NCBI GenBank assembly: GCA_963666835.2
Contig: CAXXGO010000001.1
Span: 800,001 to 864,000, forward strand
Origin: Phycisphaerae bacterium
GTDB lineage: Bacteria; Planctomycetota; Phycisphaerae; UBA1845
Direction of reading: 5' to 3'
Length of the DNA stretch: 64,000 nt
Part shown: positions 57,266 to 64,000 of the stretch, one piece after another
Numbering within the stretch: the stretch's first letter is position 1
How the letters are laid out: each line of letters opens with the position of its first letter
Program-made: the position numbers and the translations under genes
Notes under the pieces: generated by a model
Databases searched by the model: none
The model's input: the letters and a program-made list of their open reading frames with translations, nothing else
Told to the model about the DNA's origin: nothing

Positions 57266-57864
57266 TGTTGACGAATGTAGATTTCAAGATAGCGAAGGAG
57301 GATGCCAGTCGGAACGTCATCCTCGACGCCGCCGAAGCCTGTGCCCGTAAGAGACTGCCCCTGCAGATGGTGGGCGTGGCGGACCAGGCGGGTATCGCCG
57401 TGGGCACGGTGTATCGGTACTTCAAGGACAAGCAGCATTTGCAGGATGCTCTGATTGGGCGCGTGGTGCGGGTTCTGTCGGACGAGCTGAAAGAGCGCTT
57501 GTCCGAGGTGAAACCGAAGAGGGAGAGACTCCGCGCGATGTTGCAGATCATCTGCGACGTTGCCTTGAGTCACGCCGGTGCCCTGCGCCTCTTTCTTTCC
57601 ATCTCAACCTGGGAGGAATTGGCGACCAAGGCCAATATCCCCGCCAGGTTCGGCGAGGCGGAGGAGCAGTTCGAAAAGCTCCAGCTTGATGTAATTCTGG
57701 GGCTCAGACTAAAGCGGATCGCGCCGGAATCGGCGCTGGCCTTCGTGAGAGCATCGATACTCGCAGGTTTGGGTAGGGTGATCAACGCGGCCCCGGAAAG
57801 ACAGGCCGAGGGCATTGAAGAAGTGATTCGATTGACCGAAGGAGGCCTTGTCGGATGCACTTGA
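57265..57864 (+). CDS. TetR/AcrR family transcriptional regulator
   Basis: ILDAA...VADQAGIAVGTVYRYFKDK HTH; upstream of RND genes. Start 57238 or 57265. Confidence 0.88.
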   Translation: MLTNVDFKIAKEDASRNVILDAAEACARKRLPLQMVGVADQAGIAVGTVYRYFKDKQHLQDALIGRVVRVLSDELKERLSEVKPKRERLRAMLQIICDVALSHAGALRLFLSISTWEELATKANIPARFGEAEEQFEKLQLDVILGLRLKRIAPESALAFVRASILAGLGRVINAAPERQAEGIEEVIRLTEGGLVGCT

Positions 57865-58111
57865 GGAGGCACCCAACCTGCCACCGCGCCGCACCCGGCA
57901 TTCCGATGAAGGCACCCGCCAAGGCTGCAAACGGATGCAGTCGAGAATCGCGGTGACTCGCGTCTCCGTTACCGCAGGTGAAACGCTCACAAGAGGCTGT
58001 GGACTCAACAGCGTAACAGGAGAAACACCGCGAGGATTGTAGGCACAAAAGGCGGCGGTCCCAGACGCCGGTCCTTGTTTGGGGTTCATTCGAAAGGCTA
58101 AGGATACATCA

Positions 58112-59278
58112 ATGTCCAATCCGAGAAACTTGGTCAAGCTGATTGGTGCGATTGTCGGCATCGCCGTGATGGGAGGAGCGGTCTACTCCGTCTTTTTCAT
58201 CGACTGGGAGATTCGGGCAACACCGGAACCACCGATGGTTCGGCCGCTCAAGACGATGGTCATCGAGTCGCCCTTCTCCTCCGCAGCCCGCAAGTATCCC
58301 GGCAAAGTGAGAGCGAATGAGGAGGTCAAACTCGCGTTTCAGGTGCCGGGCCAGTTGATTGAGTTTCCAGTCAAGAAGGGGCTGGATGTCGACAAGGGTG
58401 ACCTGCTCGGCCGGCTCGATCCCCGCGATTACGAAAACGAGCTTGCAACGAGACAAGCCACCCTCGATGCCGCCCGGTTCGAATACAAACGCATCGAGGG
58501 ACTCGACAAACGGGGTATGGCTGCGGAGAAAGAGCTTATGGACTCCAAGGCTGCATTCGAGTCCGCGGTCGCGGCGTTGAAGATAGCACGCAAGGCGTTG
58601 GACGATACTTGCCTTCGAGCACCATTTGCGGGTGTCGTGGCTGATACGTATGTGGATAACTTCCAGAACATCCAAGCCAAGGTGTCGGTCCTGAGTCTTC
58701 AGGAGATCGACCGGGTCGAGATTGTGGTAAGCGTTCCCGAGGAACGCGTCATCCGGGCGCCGCGCAGCGACGACGACCCGGCCGACCCGGCTGAGCGCGG
58801 GGAGCGCGCCAACGAGCACTATCGCTTCGCGGCGACGCTCGAGTATCTGCCGAACCGAGAGTTCGACGTGCGCTTTAAGGAGTTCACGTCCGAGGCCGAT
58901 CCGGTTACGCAGACCTATGCCGCTACGTTCGCCATGCCAGTTCCCGGGGGAGTGACCATTCTCCCGGGGATGACGGCGACCATTCACGAGTATCAGAGAG
59001 AAACGGGTAACTCGGGTTCGGCAGCTTATGCCGTTCCGTTGGATGCCGTTCCACTCGACGGGCAAGGTGCTTACTTCGTATGGTCCGTGCGCGACGCCGG
59101 CGACGGCACTGCGACGGTGCATCGGGTTGACGTACAGGTCGGCGAGATGGTCGGCGACGACATCCTGGTGTCGGCAGGTTTGAAGTCGGGTGACCGCATC
59201 GCCCTGGCCGGTGTTCATCTCCTTCAGGAAGGGCAGCGGGTTCGCCCGTTTACGGCCCAGGAGGATGCCGCACCATGA
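58112..59278 (+). CDS. RND efflux periplasmic adaptor subunit
   Basis: N-terminal TM; LAFQVPG, GD.L.RLD, LRAPFAGVV, ADPVTQTY, ILPGMTA, GLKSGDRI..AGV..L.EG. Confidence 0.92.
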   Translation: MSNPRNLVKLIGAIVGIAVMGGAVYSVFFIDWEIRATPEPPMVRPLKTMVIESPFSSAARKYPGKVRANEEVKLAFQVPGQLIEFPVKKGLDVDKGDLLGRLDPRDYENELATRQATLDAARFEYKRIEGLDKRGMAAEKELMDSKAAFESAVAALKIARKALDDTCLRAPFAGVVADTYVDNFQNIQAKVSVLSLQEIDRVEIVVSVPEERVIRAPRSDDDPADPAERGERANEHYRFAATLEYLPNREFDVRFKEFTSEADPVTQTYAATFAMPVPGGVTILPGMTATIHEYQRETGNSGSAAYAVPLDAVPLDGQGAYFVWSVRDAGDGTATVHRVDVQVGEMVGDDILVSAGLKSGDRIALAGVHLLQEGQRVRPFTAQEDAAP

Positions 59279-62200
59279 ACATCGCCGAAGCCTCGATAAA
59301 GTACAAGACCGTCACTATGGTGATGACCATCCTCATAATGGGCGGGGGGATTCTGGCATACGAAGGGCTGGGGCGACTCGAAGATCCGGAGTTCACCATA
59401 AAGGAGGCCCAGATTTTCACGGACTACCCCGGCGCCTCAGCCATGGAAGTGGCCGAGGAGGTCACCGACGAGATCGAGACGGCCGTGCAACAGCTTGGCC
59501 AGCTCAAGTTGGTTACCAGTATCTCCGAGCCGGGACTATCCACCGTCCGGGTGGAGATGGAAGACAAATACGACAAACACTCTCTGCCGCAGGTGTGGGA
59601 TGAGCTGCGCCGCAAAGTCAACGACATTCAGGACCAGCTCCCGCCGGGAGCCGGACCGTCATCGGTCTTCGACGATTTCGGTGACGTGTACGGCGTCTTC
59701 TACGCGGTATACGGCGACGGCTATTCGTACGCCGAACTCAAGGACTACGTCGACGTACTGCGGCGGGAACTACTGCTCTGCGAAGATGTGGGCAAGGTTA
59801 CTATCCAAGGTGATTTACGCGAGGTCGTGTATGTTGAGACCTCCCGGGCCCGGTTGGCGCAGTTGGGCATCTCATCCGCGGAGATCCACCGCACGCTCTC
59901 CGGACAGAACCTGGTACAACCGTCCGGCAGGGTCGAGGTGGGCGATCAGTATATTCGAATCCAGCCGACCGGCGAATTTACGTCAGTTGCTGACATCGGA
60001 GACTTGCTCATCCTCCAAGACAGCGCGACGGCGACCAAGTTGTATCTCAAAGATGTTGCGACGATCACACGAGGGTATGTCGAACCGCCCACCAACATCA
60101 TGCACTACAACGGCCGACCCGCGATTGGGTTGGGAATCTCAACCGTTCTCGGAGGGAACGTCATTACGATGGGCGAGTCTGTCACCCGACGCCTGCGCGA
60201 GCTGCAGGCCGAGATGCCCATCGGAATGGAGATCGGAGTCATCGCCCACCAAGCCGATTCAGTGAACACGGCGGTTAACGGGTTCATCATCAGCTTGGCC
60301 GAGGCCCTCGCAATCGTAATTGGCGTTCTGATGTTGACGATGGGCCTGCGCAGCGGCGTGCTGATCGGCGGCATTCTCCTGTTGACCGTCCTGGCGACCT
60401 TCATCGTTATGCAGATGCAGGGGATCATCCTCGAGCGAATAAGCCTGGGAGCCTTGATTATCGCGCTCGGGATGCTGGTCGACAACGCTATCGTGGTGGT
60501 TGAGGGTATCCTCATGAACCTCCAACGAGGTCTGGACCGGATCAAGGCGGCCGGACAGGTTGTCCATCAGACGGTCTGGCCCCTGCTGGGCGCCACGATC
60601 GTCGCGGTGTTGGCGTTCGCCGGCATCGGCTTGTCGCAAGACGCGGTCGGTGAGTATTGTTGCTCGCTGTTTCAGGTGATTCTCATTTCCCTGATGGCGA
60701 GTTGGGTGTTGGCGATCACGGCAACGCCGCTGTTCGGGGTGATGTTTCTCAAAACTCCCGGCAACGGCGGCGAACCGTATAGAGGCGTGCTCTTCGGAGC
60801 CTACCGGGCCATCCTGTCTTTCTGCATACGCGCGCGTTGGGTAACGGTCACGGCATCGCTCTTTTTGCTGGTATTGGCGATTGGGGGATTCGGCTTTGTC
60901 AAGCACAGCTTCTTCCCCGATTCCACCCGGCCGCAGTTCATGGTGCACTACTGGTTGCCGCAGGGCACGCATGTCAGTCGTACCGAGGCTGATCTGGAGC
61001 GGATAAGCGAGTATCTGCAATCGTTGGACGGCGTGGCGGACGTTTCCACCTTCGTTAGCGGCGGCGCGTTGCGTTTTTTGCTGACGTACTCGCCCGAAGA
61101 CGCCAACCCTGCTTATGGCATGCTGCTGGTGAGCGTTGCCGACTACAGAGAGATTCCCAGTCTTCTTCCCGATGTCCGAACGTACCTTGAAGAGAACTTC
61201 CCAGATGCGCAGGCATTCTCACGTCAGTTCATGCTCGGACCGGGCGAAGCGCAGAAGATCCATGCCCGCTTCCGCGGTCCGGATCCGAACGTGCTGCGCC
61301 GGCTGGCCGCCAAGGCTCGTGCGCTCATGCTCGCGGAGCCCGGCGCCGTAGATGTAATGGACGACTGGCGGCAACGTGTCCCGCTGATCCGCCCGATCGT
61401 GGCGGAGACCCCGGCCCGCAACGCCGGCATCACCAGATCCGAGATCGCCGAGGCCTTGCAGTCTGCCTTCGAGGGTGTCGAGATCGGCGTCTATCGCGAG
61501 GACGACAAACTGCTGCCCATTATTGCACGTAGCCCGGAAAGCGAGCGCGGCGACATCGAGAACCTCCGCGATGTCCGAATCTGGAGCCCGGTTGCTGGTC
61601 AAACCATTCCAATCAGTCAGGTGGTAAACGGTTTCGAAAGCAGTTCGGAGAATTCCATCATTCGCCGTCGAGATCGCTTACCGACCCTGACGGTCAAGTG
61701 TGACCCTAAGTCGGGGCCGGCGAGTGTTCTGTTCGAGCAACTCCGGCCGAAGATCGAGGCGATCGAGCTACCGCAGGGCTATACGCTGGAGTGGGGCGGC
61801 GAATACGAAGACTCGGGCGACGCACAGGGTGATCTGTTTAAGAAGCTGCCCATGGTGGCGCTGCTGATGGTGCTCGTGGTGATTGTTCTGTTCAATTCGA
61901 TCCGCCAACCGCTGATTATCTTCCTGACGGTTCCGTTGGCCATCATCGGCGTCACGGCCGGGTTGCTGCTGACGAACCAGCCGTTCGGCTTCATGGCCCT
62001 GTTGGGGTTCCTCAGTCTTAGTGGCATGATGATCAAGAACGCTATTGTTCTGATTGACGAGATCAACGTACAGATCCGCAGTGGAGCAGAGCCGTATCGG
62101 GCGATCATCGACTCCGGGGTGAGCCGCCTGCGCCCCGTCTCTATGGCGGCGATGACTACCGTGCTTGGAATGATCCCGTTACTGACCGACGCCTTCTTCG

Positions 62201-62334
62201 TAGCGATGGCCGTGACGATCATGTTCGGCTTGGCGTTTGCCACAGTCCTGACACTCGTCGTAGTGCCGGTGCTCTACGCCTGTCTATTTCGAGTTCCGAC
62301 GCCGCACCCAATGCCCTTGTCCGCGCCGGATTAG
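59275..62334 (+). CDS. RND efflux permease (AcrB/AcrD/AcrF family)
   Basis: 1019 aa; LEDPEFTIK, YPGAS, GMLVDNAIVVVE, KNAIVLID, RLRPVSM...TT.LGMIPL. Confidence 0.95.
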   Translation: MNIAEASIKYKTVTMVMTILIMGGGILAYEGLGRLEDPEFTIKEAQIFTDYPGASAMEVAEEVTDEIETAVQQLGQLKLVTSISEPGLSTVRVEMEDKYDKHSLPQVWDELRRKVNDIQDQLPPGAGPSSVFDDFGDVYGVFYAVYGDGYSYAELKDYVDVLRRELLLCEDVGKVTIQGDLREVVYVETSRARLAQLGISSAEIHRTLSGQNLVQPSGRVEVGDQYIRIQPTGEFTSVADIGDLLILQDSATATKLYLKDVATITRGYVEPPTNIMHYNGRPAIGLGISTVLGGNVITMGESVTRRLRELQAEMPIGMEIGVIAHQADSVNTAVNGFIISLAEALAIVIGVLMLTMGLRSGVLIGGILLLTVLATFIVMQMQGIILERISLGALIIALGMLVDNAIVVVEGILMNLQRGLDRIKAAGQVVHQTVWPLLGATIVAVLAFAGIGLSQDAVGEYCCSLFQVILISLMASWVLAITATPLFGVMFLKTPGNGGEPYRGVLFGAYRAILSFCIRARWVTVTASLFLLVLAIGGFGFVKHSFFPDSTRPQFMVHYWLPQGTHVSRTEADLERISEYLQSLDGVADVSTFVSGGALRFLLTYSPEDANPAYGMLLVSVADYREIPSLLPDVRTYLEENFPDAQAFSRQFMLGPGEAQKIHARFRGPDPNVLRRLAAKARALMLAEPGAVDVMDDWRQRVPLIRPIVAETPARNAGITRSEIAEALQSAFEGVEIGVYREDDKLLPIIARSPESERGDIENLRDVRIWSPVAGQTIPISQVVNGFESSSENSIIRRRDRLPTLTVKCDPKSGPASVLFEQLRPKIEAIELPQGYTLEWGGEYEDSGDAQGDLFKKLPMVALLMVLVVIVLFNSIRQPLIIFLTVPLAIIGVTAGLLLTNQPFGFMALLGFLSLSGMMIKNAIVLIDEINVQIRSGAEPYRAIIDSGVSRLRPVSMAAMTTVLGMIPLLTDAFFVAMAVTIMFGLAFATVLTLVVVPVLYACLFRVPTPHPMPLSAPD

Positions 62335-62469
62335 ACTGACTGCGCGGGTGCCCCATCCTTCGCCCCCGGCGAAGGGTGAGACTATGGGCAGGAGGTCGAG
62401 CCGGGCGGATTCGTCCTACTCCGCGCCGGCCCTATCCCAACCTGACAAGCTCCAAGCCGGCTCCTTTTT

Positions 62470-62570
62470 CAGGCTGAAAGCCTGCGAGATAGTAGACGGG
62501 GGCAAGGCCGCGCAGCGGCCGCCGCCCCCGGTGGGGTCCCGGCAATCCCAATCACCCTGACAGGGTGAAA
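62470..62570 (-). repeat. REP-like triple-hairpin unit (inverted copy)
   Basis: Reverse complement: TCACCCTGTCAGGGTGA ... CCGGGGGCGGCG...CTTGCCCCCGTCTACT ... CAGGCTTTCAGCCTG. Confidence 0.7.
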
Positions 62571-62673
62571 GAGACGACGTCGATGAACCGAATGTCTGTT
62601 TCGGCTGCCCGGCCTCTTTCAGAATGCGTCGAAAGGCGGGGCGACCTCGCGAAACACATTCGCTGGAGGTGTT

Positions 62674-62774
62674 TGACCCATACAGGGTCAGGCAGGTTGT
62701 GGGGAGCAGGTCCGGGGGCGGCGTCCGCCGATGGCGGACTTGCCCCCGTCTACTTCATCTGAGCCCTTCGGGCT
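62674..62774 (+). repeat. REP-like triple-hairpin unit
   Basis: TGACCCATACAGGGTCA ... CCGGGGGCGGCG...CTTGCCCCCGTCTACT ... AGCCCTTCGGGCT. Confidence 0.7.
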
Positions 62775-62903
62775 GGGAGAACCAGATCGAACGTCGAACG
62801 GCTGCAGTTGGTGGATGCATCGAATGATGTGTAGAACAACGGCGACGAGTCGGCACAACTATCGCAGCCCGGCAAACGCCGGAATGAATGGGGCACCCGT
62901 GCT

Positions 62904-63815
62904 GTGCGAGGATCTGGCCCGCCTATTCTTGGGTTGACGGAAGAGCGACGAGTGTATACTCATATACAGACTATCGGAGTCTCCAGGGATATCTGTTCGT
63001 CAAAGGTTGTTGTCTTGATTGACGCTCGCAAGATAACTTCTGAAGAATGGTCGCCAGACCTCTCTTCGTCTGGGCAGCGTTCGACGATATGGACCAAGCT
63101 CATGTATCGCGGCGAGGTTCTATGCAACTGCATCGAAGGAACCGAATGGAGTGGAGGCAATCCCGTTCAAGTTTCGCTCTGCGAGGAATGTGGCTGCGAA
63201 GGGTGCAGCGATGCCGGTTACGTGCGTATCTCCCGGATTGGCGATTCCCTCCTATGGACGCGTTCATTTGGCGAAGCCTCGGGAGAAGCGATTTATGATC
63301 GGCACACGGCGTTGACGGCACTGGGGCGCTTTGGCGCTGTCCGGATTCCGCTGGGGCTATGGGCCGATTGGCGAGTCAAGTTCAAAAATCTGCCTGAAGC
63401 TGAAGGATTTCCGCGGGCAAACCGCTCAGACATTCTGGACGCGTGGTTGTTGGAGGTTCCTGCGCCGTTCCGAACGGCAGCGGGATTCTTGTGGCATGAT
63501 ACGACGCTGCACCCTATCGACCGAGCGGGACACACCGTCGCGCTGGTTCGGAACCGGTTGCTTGCCTGTGAGCATGCGGCTGTGGATTCCGGAAGGAACA
63601 GCTTGGACGCAGTTGTCGCTTGGGCTCGCTCAGCTCCTGAGCAACCCGTGGATGGTGACCTCATTACCCCGCGAGGCGCCGGGGTCAATATTGAGACGTT
63701 GTTCCTCGAATCGGCGCGGACCGAGGAATGGTCCGCCTTGTCTCAAACGGGCGACGGTATCCACATCGCGTTCGGGACCGATACAATACTCGTTCCGCCG
63801 ATTATTGAAACGTGA
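62904..63815 (+). CDS. Hypothetical protein with a CxxCGxxGC cluster (start uncertain; possibly 63102)
   Basis: 303-codon open frame; LCEECGCEGCSDAGYVRISRIGDSLLW. Confidence 0.6.
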   Translation: MRGSGPPILGLTEERRVYTHIQTIGVSRDICSSKVVVLIDARKITSEEWSPDLSSSGQRSTIWTKLMYRGEVLCNCIEGTEWSGGNPVQVSLCEECGCEGCSDAGYVRISRIGDSLLWTRSFGEASGEAIYDRHTALTALGRFGAVRIPLGLWADWRVKFKNLPEAEGFPRANRSDILDAWLLEVPAPFRTAAGFLWHDTTLHPIDRAGHTVALVRNRLLACEHAAVDSGRNSLDAVVAWARSAPEQPVDGDLITPRGAGVNIETLFLESARTEEWSALSQTGDGIHIAFGTDTILVPPIIET

Positions 63816-63891
63816 GTTCCGAAGGCGCACACGGCTTGCCCCGGTGCGACGCGAACTCCACCGATACGATGGCCATTGTGACGTTTATCTG

Positions 63892-63999
63892 TCACACGTC
63901 GGCCGCTCCGGCCAGGGCAGACGCCTTGCTGCGGCTGAGGTTAACGTCGGTTGCCCGACTGACCGCCGGCATCAGAAAGAACGTGATGAAGCCCAGCCC
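63892..63999 (-). CDS. 3' end of a probable membrane protein entering from the right edge
   Basis: Manual translation GLGFITFFLMPAVSRATDVNLSRSKASALAGAADV-stop. Confidence 0.4.
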   Translation of the reverse strand, partial: GLGFITFFLMPAVSRATDVNLSRSKASALAGAADV

Positions 64000-64000
64000 G

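Overview
GC-rich bacterial chromosomal window, most consistent with a Planctomycetota (Phycisphaerae-like) genome. This is inferred from an H-X9-DG/DUF1559-like protein, a GAF/REC regulator, the Bat/MoxR operon and many Cys/Asp-rich secreted proteins. Housekeeping and envelope genes: the start of an atpZ/atpI-like gene, aspA, fxsA, a DinG helicase, waaF-kinase-GT4-plsY, moxR-DUF58-batABCDE, suhB-like, pruA, mgtC-like, a GGQ release-factor-like gene, a methyltransferase-asnB-GT2-methyltransferase operon and a TetR-RND efflux locus. Mobile and repeat content: a Y1/HUH (IS200-like/RAYT) transposase inside REP-like hairpins and a ~215-bp direct repeat, plus related REP-like elements elsewhere. The two most interesting observations are (1) an atypical sigma-70-like gene flanked on both sides by two paralogous ~70-80 aa proteins that resemble kinase-less N-termini of planctomycete Ser/Thr kinases, and (2) three unrelated secreted proteins sharing a ~185-195 aa C-terminal module ending F-x-G-x-P-Y-x-F-x-x-P-x-x-C-P, with a second N-terminal module shared by two other secreted proteins. 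The second suggests a modular surface-anchoring or assembly system. No rRNA, tRNA or CRISPR array was recognised. All family assignments are by eye from motifs; no database search was run.
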